Below are positions 16,205 to 27,303 of a DNA stretch of 64,000 nucleotides, piece by piece. Below the pieces are notes generated by a model. That model searched no databases and was not told the DNA's origin. It saw nothing but the letters and a program-made list of their open reading frames with translations. Source of the stretch: an uncultured Chloroflexia bacterium (lineage in GTDB: Bacteria; Chloroflexota; Dehalococcoidia; GIF9; UBA5629); contig CAVWAG010000004.1 of NCBI GenBank assembly GCA_963752975.1, forward strand, positions 87,660 to 151,659, read 5' to 3'. The translations under genes were made by a program, and so were the position numbers. Position 1 is the first letter of the stretch, and each line of letters starts with the position of its first letter.

Positions 16205-17116
16205 ATGAAATACCTGATCAGGCCTCACGCTTTCTTTCTCCTATCACTCACACTGGCCGCCGTTTTATTCGCCTGTGCCCAGCAGCCACAGGAGCAGCCC
16301 GCCGCCTTCGAGGTGGTTTCCATAGGCGTCGTGCCGACCCAGGTGCTGGCCGGCCAGGAGGCAACAGTCACGGCGCAGGTGGCCAATACGGGCGGCCAGG
16401 CCGGTAACTACAACGCCGCGCTGACCATGAACGGCGAGCAGGTAGCCAGCCAGGTCATCACCATACAGCCCGAGAAGATCGGCAAGCTTAGCTTCGCTGT
16501 TTCGAGGGATAAGGCCGGCGTATATAAAATCCAGCTCGGCAGCGCCAGCGCCACACTGACCGTAAAGGCCGTGGAAGAGCGGGACGTGGAACTCAAGTAC
16601 GACAACGGCACCTCGCAGGACGCCCTCTGGGCGGGCAACAACAACGGATTCCTCATCAGCTTCACGCCACCGGCCAAACCCTTCGTACTGAAAAAAGTGA
16701 GCATCTGCGGCGGTATCTACGGCGTAGCCTGGGAGGGCAAGACCTTTGAGCTTTCGGTGCTGGATCCTTTTTACACGCCGTTATACAGGCAGGTATATGC
16801 CATCGCTAAGTTCCCCGTCAAGGGGGCCTTCCCCTATCAACCACCTTCCTGGGTGGATTTCGATATCCCGCCAATGAATGTAGAAAATGATTTCCTGGTT
16901 TACCTTTTCACTGGGACCGGCATGCATAAAGGCATACATGTAGGCGTGGACAACAGCGTCACTAACGAGCATTCCGACCTGGCCAGCGGCCACCCGCCAA
17001 ATCTCTCCATTGTTTCCATCGACACCTTCTACAACTCAACCTTCTGGTACAGCGACCGCAGCAAGGTCAACTGGATGATACGTGCGACCGGCAGTGCCCG
17101 CATGCCGGTGGAATAA
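16205..17116 (+). CDS. putative lipoprotein with a CARDB-like Ig-fold domain
   Basis: Signal peptide with lipobox LFAC. The segment VLAGQEATVTAQVANTGGQAGNYNAALTMNGEQV...IQPEK resembles CARDB domains. The C-terminal domain is unrecognised. Confidence 0.5.
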   Translation: MKYLIRPHAFFLLSLTLAAVLFACAQQPQEQPAAFEVVSIGVVPTQVLAGQEATVTAQVANTGGQAGNYNAALTMNGEQVASQVITIQPEKIGKLSFAVSRDKAGVYKIQLGSASATLTVKAVEERDVELKYDNGTSQDALWAGNNNGFLISFTPPAKPFVLKKVSICGGIYGVAWEGKTFELSVLDPFYTPLYRQVYAIAKFPVKGAFPYQPPSWVDFDIPPMNVENDFLVYLFTGTGMHKGIHVGVDNSVTNEHSDLASGHPPNLSIVSIDTFYNSTFWYSDRSKVNWMIRATGSARMPVE

Positions 17117-17234
17117 CGCCCGTGACGGGCGTCGCAAAAACAAATCCTCCAGTTACCTAAAATCCTCCCGGTTTTGTAGCGCCGCGGGCATCGTGTTAGA
17201 ATGCTCTAAATTATTCGCTTGAGGAGGTTGCCCA

Positions 17235-18746
17235 GTGAAGACTTGGGTTAAAGTAGTTCTCTGCATCGTAGGTGTGATCGTTCTGCTGGCCGCGGTTATC
17301 GCCATCAAGACGGCGACGTTTACTTCAAAACAGATAGCCGTCGACAAAAAAGTAAGCTTCCCCGTGGATATGGACAAAGCTGCCGAGCATCTTTCCGGTG
17401 CAATCAAATTCAAGACTGTTTTCAACACTGATACGTCCAAGGTCGATTATACGCAGTTTACCGGCCTTCAGGAATATATCGCGAAATCATTCCCCCTGGT
17501 CAACTCCACACTGGATAAGAAGGTGATCAATGGCTATGGTTTGCTTTACGTATGGCAAGGCAGCGACAGCCAGAAAAAACCCATTCTTCTAATGGCCCAC
17601 CAGGATGTGGTGCCTGCTCCGGCTGAAGGCTGGAAACATGAACCTTTCTCCGGTGACATTGCCGATGGAATCATCTGGGGCCGTGGCGCCATAGATGACA
17701 AAGGCTCTCTGATAAGCATCTTCGAATCAACGGAATACCTGATCAAGGACGGCTTCAAACCGTCCCGCTCGATTTACATTGCTTCGGGTTTCGACGAAGA
17801 AGTCAGCGGGCAACAAGGCGCTGGCAAGATTGCGGCATATCTCAAAGACCAGGGGCTCCAGTTTGAAGCTATATTTGATGAAGGCTTGATCGTAACACAG
17901 GGCGAGGTTCCCGGCGTCAAAACACCGGTAGCCCTTATCGGCACCGCTGAAAAAGGCTTTCTCTCAATAGAGCTTTCGGCAGAGTCCGCAGGCGGCCATT
18001 CTTCCATGCCACCCAAGCAGACCACTGTCGGCATACTGGCTGCTGCAATAGATAAACTGGAGAACAACCCCTTCCCCATTCGTATGACCGGTCCGGCCGC
18101 GGGTTTATTTGAGTATGTGGGACCGGAGATGTCCTTCCCCTATAAAATGATCTTCGCCAATATGTGGCTTTTCGGACCCGTGATAGAGTCGGAACTCGCT
18201 TCATCGCCTGGCACCAACGCTACAATCAGAACTACGACTGCGCCTACTATGTTCGAAGGGAGCCCGGCGGATAACGTACTGCCGGCCAAATCCACAGCCG
18301 TCGTAAATTTCCGCATATTGCCAGGTGATACCATGCAGAGCGTAACCGAACGGGTCAAATCAATTATCAATGACTCCCGGGTCAAGATTCAACCGCTAAC
18401 CGAATCCGCCAATGAACCTGCGCCGGTATCAAGTACCGATAGCTGGAGTTTCGGGATTTTGAACAAGACCATCCGCGAGGTTATGCCTGATGTATTGGTG
18501 TCGCCGATGTTGAATGTTGGCAGCACTGACTCTTTCAAGTATGTTGGACTCTCCCCGAATATCTTCCGGTTCCTGCCGGAGAGGCTGTATGGCGACGATC
18601 TCGATATGATGCACGGCATGAATGAGAGGATACCTATCACTAACCTGGGCGAGATGATCAATTACTATATCCTGTTAGTGCACGACCTCTGCAGACAAAT
18701 TAATAACGTATATTATACGACGCGTCGTGAAATGTTATTATGCTAG
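17235..18746 (+). CDS. M20 family metallopeptidase (carboxypeptidase S-like), N-terminally membrane-anchored
   Basis: GTG start after GAGGAGG, one N-terminal TM helix, and LLMAHQDVVPA, GRGAIDDKG, SGFDEEVSG motifs. Confidence 0.8.
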   Translation: MKTWVKVVLCIVGVIVLLAAVIAIKTATFTSKQIAVDKKVSFPVDMDKAAEHLSGAIKFKTVFNTDTSKVDYTQFTGLQEYIAKSFPLVNSTLDKKVINGYGLLYVWQGSDSQKKPILLMAHQDVVPAPAEGWKHEPFSGDIADGIIWGRGAIDDKGSLISIFESTEYLIKDGFKPSRSIYIASGFDEEVSGQQGAGKIAAYLKDQGLQFEAIFDEGLIVTQGEVPGVKTPVALIGTAEKGFLSIELSAESAGGHSSMPPKQTTVGILAAAIDKLENNPFPIRMTGPAAGLFEYVGPEMSFPYKMIFANMWLFGPVIESELASSPGTNATIRTTTAPTMFEGSPADNVLPAKSTAVVNFRILPGDTMQSVTERVKSIINDSRVKIQPLTESANEPAPVSSTDSWSFGILNKTIREVMPDVLVSPMLNVGSTDSFKYVGLSPNIFRFLPERLYGDDLDMMHGMNERIPITNLGEMINYYILLVHDLCRQINNVYYTTRREMLLC

Positions 18747-18802
18747 TTCATATGATCGTGAACAGGAGAGATAGCCTCGAGCGAATGTTGCCCACAGTGC
18801 AT

Positions 18803-18861
18803 GGGCGGACATGAATGTCCGCCCCTACGTGTAGCAATCGAGCGGGTTTTCAAACCCGCTC
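18803..18861. repeat. pair of REP-like GC-rich hairpins
   Basis: GGGCGGACAT-GA-ATGTCCGCCC (18803-18824, followed by CTAC) and GAGCGGGTTT-TC-AAACCCGCTC (18840-18861). No U-run on either strand. Confidence 0.6.
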
Positions 18862-18866
18862 GTTCT

Positions 18867-19385
18867 CTACTGCATCTTGCCAAGCTGCCGGATTATCTCG
18901 TCCTTATGCTCTGCCACGTATGCGTTGCCGGGCTCGGCTCCGCATTTCCTGCACTTGATGTCGTAGGCCGAGTTAATCGTCCCGCACGAGGGACAGGCAT
19001 AATGCTCCAGCATCCCGGCATACCATTGCTCCGGGCCGGCCTCACGGATGCTCTCCAGTGAACTCCACAGCTCGATCCTGTGCGGCATGGCGCACTGGAA
19101 GTCTTTCAATTCCTGGCAGGGATAATCCGGGCAGCTTCCGCAGAAATCCAGCCCCTTTTCAGCCGCGCATTTATACATCTTGCATAGGTCCCGGCAATAG
19201 AAAGAGCGCACCTTCGCGCGGCAACCCTCGCACCTTACTTCCTCGACTGGCAGTTTGAAAGTTTGCGCCAGGAATTTCAGCCGCTCGGGGTCTTCCTTCG
19301 TCCCGATAAAGAGCGTGCAGGAAGGACAGAAAAGCCCGCAGACTGCTGCTGTCTTTTTATCGTACTTGCCAGCGTCTTTCTTCAC
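18867..19385 (-). CDS. cysteine-rich DUF3795-like protein
   Basis: 172 aa with the CGLFCPSC motif and multiple further CxxC pairs including a C-terminal zinc ribbon (CPSCG...CRKCG). GTG start after AAGGAG. Confidence 0.6.
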   Translation of the reverse strand: MKKDAGKYDKKTAAVCGLFCPSCTLFIGTKEDPERLKFLAQTFKLPVEEVRCEGCRAKVRSFYCRDLCKMYKCAAEKGLDFCGSCPDYPCQELKDFQCAMPHRIELWSSLESIREAGPEQWYAGMLEHYACPSCGTINSAYDIKCRKCGAEPGNAYVAEHKDEIIRQLGKMQ

Positions 19386-19569
19386 GTTAATCTCCTTTGC
19401 AATGCCTGTTCCCCGGCAAATTCCCGAATTCGCTTACGGGCATACAGATGATAAACGAGGCTGACCAGTACCACTTGCCACCAGGGAACGACGTTACACT
19501 GCCGCTCAGGATTGACCTTATCATTTTCCTCCATACACCCCTTGCTAAGATCATTCCATTTTGCCTGCT

Positions 19570-20662
19570 TCATTTTAACAGGTTGCTGACAGATATCTTA
19601 TCACTATTTACCGGGAGGCTGAAAAGCATTCCGTCCTCGCCGATGGTGATAGGCCCTTTATAGTATTTGCCTGCATCGCCGAGGTACATATTATTCAGCA
19701 ACGGGTGAGGTATCGGCGGAGTGATATGGTACAGGACCAATTGTTTGACGCCGGCCTCGCTGGCGGTTTTAGCGGCGCCTTCCGGGGACGAATGATAACT
19801 CGGGAATGTCCGCAGTAATCTTGGCAAGCGATGGAATGGATGATAATCCCGCCTGGTCATGTATCAGCTTGACCATAGACGGCTGCAATGCAGACTGAAA
19901 AAGGATGTCTGCGCCCTGTGATTGTTTTGTTAAAGATTCGCACGGAATTGTATCTCCGCTGATAACCAGCGACCTGCCCTTATAGTCAAAGCGGTAGCCC
20001 ACCGCAGGTGACACCGGGGCATGATTGACTTTGAAGGCCGTAACCTTAAGTCCCCCGTCATCTATAACAACAACCGCTGCGTCTTCGTCGGCAGATAAGC
20101 TGAACGGCCGGGCCGTGCCTCCCGCGCCGGACGGTGGGACTGTCGCGGCGCCATGATGCGCCACACGGTATCCGTCATCAAGGCTGTAGGCCCGGTTAAA
20201 TCCCTCAACCACGGTTTCGACTCCGGTGGGGCCGATGACGTCTAATGGCGTAGTATTTGAGCCGCCCACCCAACGCTGCATCATTATCTCACCCAGGTCG
20301 GCGATGTGATCGGAATGAAAATGCGTAAGCAAAACCGCCTCCACCTTGCCCATTTGAAAGCCCATCAATGCAACATTCCTGGCAGCCCCCTGTCCGGCAT
20401 CTACAATATACAGATGGTCGCCGGCCTTTACGACTATGCAGGGACCGGCCCGTTTAATATCGGGGAAAGGCCCTGCGGTGCCCGCCAGACCGGCATATAA
20501 CCCGTCATCCCACTTCTCGGACTGGCTGATAAACCGCTGCTTTATCATATTGGTTGCCACCGCCGTCAGTATCGGCTTAGAAAAAATTACAGCGGCCAGC
20601 GCTGCGACCGCGATAACAAATACTATTATTATTCCTATAACTATCATTTTCTTTCCTCTCAT
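19570..20662 (-). pseudogene. MBL-fold metallo-hydrolase (RNase Z/ElaC-like) with N-terminal TM helix, frameshifted near 19799-19804
   Basis: The 297-aa ORF carries HFHSDH. The overlapping 96-aa ORF carries the family C-terminus (YHSSPEGAAKTASEAGVKQLVLYHI). The frames differ by 1 nt around CCCGAG. Confidence 0.75.
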
Positions 20663-20733
20663 GCGTGTTCTCCTTTTGTTTTACTCATGGGAGCGCCAAA
20701 AACGGCAGGCCATTTTCCCGCAATACAAATCAA

Positions 20734-22017
20734 TTATCTTTCCGCCATGACTACGTCACTGATCCGGGCGCTATCCCGGGCATAATATCTTGTCATTATC
20801 AGGGTCGTCACCAAGGACAATGCGGCCACGGGTATGGTCCAGAACAACCCGTTTATTATGCCCTGTGCCCCACCGCCGGTGGCATCAGATACAATGCCCA
20901 CAAAGACCGGGCCCAGAACGCCACCACCCAGCTGAGCTACCGTCAGCATGATGCCGACAGCAACAGCGCGCACCGACACGGGTATCACGTCATGCACCAA
21001 TACATTCATTACAGGAGCCATGAATGCCATTATCAGCGCTGTTGCTATATATGCGGGCAGCCAGGCCTGAAATGGTATTTTACCTACTATTAAAATGGAG
21101 ACAAGACAGGCCGCCAGTGAAAAGAAAGTGGCCGCAATTAAAAAGAGTGGCCTTCCGACTTTGTTGCGCACCTGCCAGCGGTCGGCTATTAACCCTCCCA
21201 AAGGAGCGATAAGGTTTAAAAGGCCTATTGCTCCCATGGCTGTACCCACAGTCAGAGGATCCATTTTATAGGAAAGCATGATCAGGGAAGGCACCCATGC
21301 CTGTGTGGCAAATATTAAAAAATACAGGAAGGTTGTACTGATAACGAAAAGCCAGTAGGACTTGATCTTAAACAATTCTCCCCACTGCCTGAAATATGCT
21401 TTGCTCAGGACACCCTCACCCTCCTTTCGCTCAGCCCTGTAATCCGGCAGGAAGAGCACAATAATTGCCGGGATGATGCCAAAGATACCGAATATATAAA
21501 AGGCTATGCGCCAATCATGCGTGGCGTTCAGCACGGCGCCTCCTACGAACAATCCCAGCGCCCCGCCGATCGGCATGCACATCATAAATATGCCCATAAT
21601 CCGTGTCCTTATCTCCTTGGGGAAGGTAAGCCCGAGCCAGGTTTGCCCGGCCGGCTGGTAACCGGCTTCACCTGTGCCCACCATAAATCTTGCCGCGAAC
21701 AGGTGCCATAGCTGAACGGCAAGGCCTGTTGCGATGGTGAATGCACTCCAGATAAGCGACATCACCATGATAACTTTGCGGCGCGCGAACCTGTCAGCCA
21801 GCACCGCCGTTGGGATGAGGAAAACGGCGACGCCTAATTGGAGCAGTGAAGGGAGCATGCCGGCCTGGGCATCGGTCAGGTTGAAAGAGCTCTTGATCGC
21901 CTGGAGCGATATAGCCAAGATGGAGCGGTTGGCCCAATCCGACAGTTGCAGTAAACAAAGGACGATGAGAATGGTGATCGCGGCGCCCCTGCCCACTTGA
22001 TACGTTTTCTCCTGCAT
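20734..22017 (-). CDS. MFS transporter
   Basis: About 12 predicted TM segments and an LADRFARRKV (D-R-x-x-R-R) loop motif. Paralogue of 33549-34847. The ATG at 22017 follows AAGGGGG. Confidence 0.85.
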   Translation of the reverse strand: MQEKTYQVGRGAAITILIVLCLLQLSDWANRSILAISLQAIKSSFNLTDAQAGMLPSLLQLGVAVFLIPTAVLADRFARRKVIMVMSLIWSAFTIATGLAVQLWHLFAARFMVGTGEAGYQPAGQTWLGLTFPKEIRTRIMGIFMMCMPIGGALGLFVGGAVLNATHDWRIAFYIFGIFGIIPAIIVLFLPDYRAERKEGEGVLSKAYFRQWGELFKIKSYWLFVISTTFLYFLIFATQAWVPSLIMLSYKMDPLTVGTAMGAIGLLNLIAPLGGLIADRWQVRNKVGRPLFLIAATFFSLAACLVSILIVGKIPFQAWLPAYIATALIMAFMAPVMNVLVHDVIPVSVRAVAVGIMLTVAQLGGGVLGPVFVGIVSDATGGGAQGIINGLFWTIPVAALSLVTTLIMTRYYARDSARISDVVMAER

Positions 22018-22095
22018 ATTTTCCCCCTTAGTAACCAAATCGTTTAATCAGGATGGTCATCCCCCGCCCTTGAGACGACGGCGCGCTCCTATATA

Positions 22096-22128
22096 GGGTG
22101 TGCGGGTGTCTGAGCGTCCCGCACACCC
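22096..22128. repeat. perfect 11-bp-stem hairpin between the AP-family gene and the MFS gene
   Basis: GGGTGTGCGGG-N11-CCCGCACACCC with no U-run. Probably an intercistronic stabiliser or REP-like element. Confidence 0.5.
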
Positions 22129-22137
22129 CATTACAGC

Positions 22138-24175
22138 TTAATGTCCCTGTCCCTGTGTAAGCGTCTCTTCCATCCTGACCAGTGACTCCTTCAAGTTCTT
22201 CACCCGGTCTGCCGCCAGGTTGGGATTTTCCAGCGCCTGGAAGAGAATGTTGCCCTCAGTATCCGCCGGCACCGGCCAGCTCATCAGGTGGCAGATGGTG
22301 GGGACCACGTCGGTGAGCCCGCATGTCCTCTTGAGCGAAAGGCCTTTCTTGACGCCCGGTCCGTAGTATGCCTCCAGCGCCCTCAGCTTGCCGATGCCCC
22401 ACTCGGTGGTGGGCAGGTGCGGGCCATGCTGCCCGCCGAACTCGGGGTAGATGGCATAGACCACGTCGCCCACGCCATCGCCGTGCAGCCCCAGTATCCT
22501 GGCGTCCTTGTTGGTAAGGGCCAGCGCCACGGGCCGCTTGCCGGTCTTGGGATCAACGTACGAATAGAGTGCATCGATTATCTCCTGCTGGACTTTCTCG
22601 TAGTCGGCGGGATCGACGATGCCTTCCGGGGTCGCGGCCCTTCAGGTTGACATAAACGTAAATTGTGCGCTGCGGGAAAGCCTTAGACCGTTTAATGTCG
22701 GGAGTGTGCAGGTTCAGAGTTCCCAAATCAAGTATCTCGCGTGGCAGTCTGTCGCCTGTCATGGATTTGAACAGTGTTTCAATCTGTTCGGCGCTTTCCT
22801 GGGCTTTCCTGATATCGCGTTCCCCTTCCTGACCTTCCATGGCGCAGAGCCCGTTCTGGATCAGCGGGATATAGGGGTTGAAGACCGCGCCATCGGCCAC
22901 GGCCCCGTGGTCGGAAACGAGCACGAAGAGCGTATCTTCCCCGGCGGCCTCCATGATCCTGCCCAGCATTTTATCCTGGCTTTGCAGCACCTTGAGATGC
23001 ATCTCCCAGGCCCTCTTGTTCAGGTCCTTGCTGGTACAGGTGTTTTCGTCCATCTCGGTAAGGATGGAGTGGTATACCCAGTCGATCGTGTGGATGTGCA
23101 TGAAGAACAGGTCCCATGGGTACTTGGTCATCAGCTTGGTGGCCACGTCAGCCAGGTGTATATCGTGCATCGCGGAGATCTCTTCGTAGGTATCCATCTC
23201 GTAGATGCCCATGGTGTAGCCGATCAAACCTCCCGAAAAGGCAGGGTACCCTTCCTCGCTGGTCAGTTCCCTGGCCACCTCGGGCGGGTTGGTCCAGCCC
23301 TCGACAGGGATAAATGAGCTCACAATAAGTACGAAATCTTCAGCATCCTCCGTCAGTTCCAGCAGCTTGGCCTTAAACGACGCCTCGATCTCCCTGCCGT
23401 CCTGCGTCTTGAACTTGCGGTAAATCTTCTTGCTCCACTCACCCTTGCTTAAGGTGAAGAGAGCGTCCTGCATGTCCTGGGTCGGTGAGATGGTGAGCCG
23501 GTCATAGCCCTTGCCCGCAGACTGCGTAACAAGCACGTACCATGAAAGCGGCGCCATCTGCTCAATGCTCCTATTGAACAAAACTTCGAATTTGGCCCAT
23601 AGAGGATCCTCACAGCCGGCAGGCAGGTTCTTCCAACCCTCAGCGTCCGTCAATTCGACCCTGGTGGCATTCGGGAAAAAACCATTTGTAATCACATGGT
23701 CCATGCCCAGCGGCATGCTTGACTCAAGCCCGGGATGCCCGTTGCGCATCTCGCCGATGGAAAGCCCGGCTCCCATGACCATGATCCCGTTCTTCATCCT
23801 GGAGGGCCAGGCGACCGGGTAGTTGCAAACTATGCATTTCTTGCCCACGGCATCGAGCTTGTCCCAGATGAACTCGGATTTGCAGTTCTCGCTGGAGAAG
23901 GCCTCAAAGATGTTGGCATTCACCTGCGGAGTGCCCTCCGTGTGCAGGTGGAAATCGGTCACCTTGTGCGTGCCCGGCCAGGCGCCCGTGGCTATGGTGG
24001 TCCAGTTGGGCGGTGTAATGGTGGGGTAGGGGGACAGGCAGTTTTCGGCCAACACACCCCCCTCGAAGACCTTCTTGAAGTTGGGCAGGTGACCCTCGGC
24101 AATGTGTTTTTTGATCAGGTGCGGCTCGGCGCAATCGAAGCCGATAACCGCTACCTTTTTAGGAACGTTTGCCAT
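22138..24175 (-). pseudogene. alkaline-phosphatase-superfamily protein (type I phosphodiesterase/NPP-like), paralogue 1, frameshifted near 22636
   Basis: The 540-aa and 130-aa ORFs are collinear with the intact 671/673-aa paralogues. The observed GACCCCGGAAGGC would read DPEG, like the paralogues, if one base were removed. Confidence 0.8.
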
Positions 24176-24218
24176 TTATTCATCTCCTTTGTTATTAAAT
24201 AACCTATTTATTTGCATG

Positions 24219-25598
24219 TTATTTTTCATGTCCCTTTTTCCTGTTTCTGCGTCCTATGACGCCGAGGAACAACGTGGGGGACTTTGCTTCTTTACCGGCC
24301 AATCCGGCTTCAGTGCAGGCCTTTTTAGCCTTTCGCAGGTAAAGCCAGTTCTGCCATACTCCCTTCGGCTCAAATCCGAAGTAGTTCTTCAACCAGAATG
24401 CACCACCGCTGTTCTTCAGCCTTTCACGGCGGCCCAATGTAACATGGTATCTTGACTTCAATTCCCGCGCTTCTTCATAAGTATTCACGCGCACCATCCT
24501 GCCATCAGCCCCCGGGACCACGTACCCGCTGGCTATCAGCATGTCGTATCGTTTTTTCGTCTCGTCGAAATCCGGCCCACACACGAGTGAACACTGGCCA
24601 CAGGTGAGCACGTAGGGGTCTTTCAGCCCTGTTACTCCCATGTGCTCATGGGCAGTGACCAGCAGCCTGCCGATCTCTTCCTCATTGCCAGGCAGGTTTT
24701 CATAATCAGGTATCAGGTCCTCAACGCTTTGCCTTGGGTAGAGAATGGAATTGCCGCGGCGTATAACATCGTATCGCGGCCCGCCATCCCCTGACCTTGG
24801 GCCTTCCCTCATCATCATCATCCTTATCGAGGTCCGATTATCAGGATCAGGCCGATGGTCCGAATATTCTCGTATCCAGTGCCGGCCCCAGTTGGTCCAT
24901 TTTTTATCGGACGAGATACCATGTAGACCGAAACAGGGCATGTTGCACAGGTCCAGGTTATCGCGCTTGCCGCGCGCGTGCAATTCGCCATTTATCAGCA
25001 GGTACTCTTCTTCATCATCACGAAACATCCGCAGTGTGCAGGACTTATCGCAGAGCTTGCAGGTACGGCAACGGTTATCCATGGTGTCACGGGTAGGCAA
25101 TATGGGATCGGATTTTAGCGGCGCATCGGTGATAACTGTGCCCAAATATACGGCAGCTCCATATTGCCTGGTAACTACGTTGCCGGATAGGCCAAATGTG
25201 CCCAGGCCCGCCACCACGGCGCCGAAGCGGTGAGAAAAACTTGGCTGCGGGGTAAACGGGTCAGGGGAGCGCCTGTAGGTGTTATTCGGGGGAACGGGCA
25301 AAGCCTTGTATCCCAATTCGACAATATAATCGGCAAGCTCCTTTGAAATGCGGTGCATGCGCTGGCACGATTTCAACTGTTCCAGGTTGTGAGGCCCATG
25401 GGATTTCTTGGATAGGAAATCGTAGATAGCAGGTACGTTCATCGGCAGTGCCATGGAGACGATCGCCCTGGCGCCCTTCAATGTATATGTGGGGTCGAGA
25501 GATGGCGGGCCGTCGAACCGGCCCTCTCCCGCTATACCAACCAACCCTATACCGGCTTTCCTGGCAAAATCCTTGATTTTCTCTTCATTACTCTGCAT
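24219..25598 (-). CDS. QueG/RdhA-superfamily Fe-S protein (epoxyqueuosine-reductase-like), long form
   Basis: 459 aa. N-terminal IKDFARKAGIGLVGIAG, core SHRFGAVVAGLGTFGLSGNVVTRQYGAAVYLGTVITD and CRTCKLCDKSC resemble B. subtilis QueG (recalled from memory). Paralogue of 43101-44516. Confidence 0.65.
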   Translation of the reverse strand: MQSNEEKIKDFARKAGIGLVGIAGEGRFDGPPSLDPTYTLKGARAIVSMALPMNVPAIYDFLSKKSHGPHNLEQLKSCQRMHRISKELADYIVELGYKALPVPPNNTYRRSPDPFTPQPSFSHRFGAVVAGLGTFGLSGNVVTRQYGAAVYLGTVITDAPLKSDPILPTRDTMDNRCRTCKLCDKSCTLRMFRDDEEEYLLINGELHARGKRDNLDLCNMPCFGLHGISSDKKWTNWGRHWIREYSDHRPDPDNRTSIRMMMMREGPRSGDGGPRYDVIRRGNSILYPRQSVEDLIPDYENLPGNEEEIGRLLVTAHEHMGVTGLKDPYVLTCGQCSLVCGPDFDETKKRYDMLIASGYVVPGADGRMVRVNTYEEARELKSRYHVTLGRRERLKNSGGAFWLKNYFGFEPKGVWQNWLYLRKAKKACTEAGLAGKEAKSPTLFLGVIGRRNRKKGHEK

Positions 25599-25626
25599 TA
25601 GTTAGTCTCCGCTGTAATCCAACCGA

Positions 25627-27303
25627 TCAGGTTCGAAAGCGACCCATGAATATCAGGAATGCCGGCCAGCTCCCTTCCAGGTTTATCTTCCCCTGCTGCA
25701 CCATGGCAGCAGTATCAGCTAATTTCAGCGCCATCATCTTGTACGTGAGCGAATCTGTTGTAACAATTGCCACAGGTGCCGGGGTGCCGGGCAGCGGCTG
25801 TCCTTCCGCAATCTCCGCTACGCCGTTGCGGACAGTGACAGTAAACTGCCTGCTCACGTCCGGGAATATAAAGAGCACGGATTCATATACGCCCCTGGCT
25901 TTGTCGGGGATAAGCCTCGGCTGCAAATTGGTAAATATCAGGTCAACGGGCAACCCCGCCACCAGGTCGGGATCGAGTTTCCCCGGAAAGTCCGGCGGTC
26001 GAGCTTTATCCAGTTCGAGGGCCGATTCCAGTAAATAAGCCCTGCCATTGGTATTAGAGGTATTATCAGCAATCTGCCGGTAGGCCGTGGCCAGCAGGCC
26101 ATCCAGCTTCGTAGCGGTGTCACCCGAGGCCAGGCCGCTGTCTTTCAATTTGGCCAGGAGATGTACCGCCCACTGAGGATCGCCATCCGCCAGGGCTTTG
26201 CCGGCCAGCCCGGCCAATTTTTCGGGCCCGCCCATCAGCTCCACCTCGCGTCTGGCCAACTCATCATGATTCAGCGGATATAGCTTGTCCGCCCTGCCGT
26301 CAAACCAGCCCTCGTTATTTGTGTATATCGCCCGCGCCGACCAGCTCACCTGGCCATACCCCTCCCAGAGGTAAGGCAATTGCGCAAGCTGGGGCGGCAG
26401 TTTGATATTTTCAGCTATCGTATCGATGTCCTGGCCTGCGTTGGCGCGCCTGATCACTTCGTCCCGTACCCACTGTATGGCATCCCGGTAGTTGGTCAGT
26501 ATCTCTTCGATCCGGGCTCTCCCGTTCACCGGGCTTGTATGCGAGGGGACGAGATGCTCCGGTTGCAGCCGCCGCATATCGTCCAGGCTGTTTATCCACC
26601 CGTCGGTCGGGCGCGGGCGGCTCCCGCGTATGGTGTACAGGTTGGGGAAAGCACTGTAGTAATCATCCGCACACAGAAGCGTATTGTCTGCGGGTATCCA
26701 GACGAAGAGAGTATCATCCGTCTCGCCCGGGGCGGTGTGAAGTTCTATTGTCAGGCCACCGATCTCCAGCGACTTCATGCCCGCGAAAGTGTCGGTGGGC
26801 ATAATCGTGCCGGTCTCGGCCAGTTCTTCAAGTGTGTAGGATTTCAGCACAGGCCCGATGGCAGAGCACGGAAGATCCTCGCGTGACAAATGGTATCCGA
26901 ATTGCCTGTAGCCGCGCGCCTTCTCCGCCTGCATGAAGGTGCCGTATTGCTTCACGAAATTGCCAACGAAGTTTTCCTCGGCCCATATGCGCGTACCGGG
27001 TTCCATCCATGCGCTCGTCCCGCCGACATGGTCAATATGGGTATGCGTATATATAATAGCCTTGACCGGTCCGGAAGGCGCGCTTTCGGAAAAGGCTTTC
27101 TTTATCGCTCGTGCGGCCGCCGGGCACTGGGACGTATCGACGATAACGTTACCTTCCTCGGTATGTATCAGCTCCGTATTGGCCAGGTCATAGCCGACGG
27201 CCACCCAAACATGCTCGGACACCTGCTCGACGCGCGGCGGCCCGATGTCATCCCGGCAATGCTGCGTTATGGTCTCAATTGCGCCCACATTCCTGACCCT
27301 CAC
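25627..27303 (-). CDS. MBL-fold alkyl/aryl sulfatase (SdsA1/BDS1 type) with dimerisation and SCP2-like C-terminal domains
   Basis: 558 aa with THTHIDHVGG (HxHxDH), PGETDD and PSH motifs, and a C-terminal SCP2-like segment. The ORF opens with GTG and has no RBS; see 27300-27398. Confidence 0.8.
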   Translation of the reverse strand: MRVRNVGAIETITQHCRDDIGPPRVEQVSEHVWVAVGYDLANTELIHTEEGNVIVDTSQCPAAARAIKKAFSESAPSGPVKAIIYTHTHIDHVGGTSAWMEPGTRIWAEENFVGNFVKQYGTFMQAEKARGYRQFGYHLSREDLPCSAIGPVLKSYTLEELAETGTIMPTDTFAGMKSLEIGGLTIELHTAPGETDDTLFVWIPADNTLLCADDYYSAFPNLYTIRGSRPRPTDGWINSLDDMRRLQPEHLVPSHTSPVNGRARIEEILTNYRDAIQWVRDEVIRRANAGQDIDTIAENIKLPPQLAQLPYLWEGYGQVSWSARAIYTNNEGWFDGRADKLYPLNHDELARREVELMGGPEKLAGLAGKALADGDPQWAVHLLAKLKDSGLASGDTATKLDGLLATAYRQIADNTSNTNGRAYLLESALELDKARPPDFPGKLDPDLVAGLPVDLIFTNLQPRLIPDKARGVYESVLFIFPDVSRQFTVTVRNGVAEIAEGQPLPGTPAPVAIVTTDSLTYKMMALKLADTAAMVQQGKINLEGSWPAFLIFMGRFRT

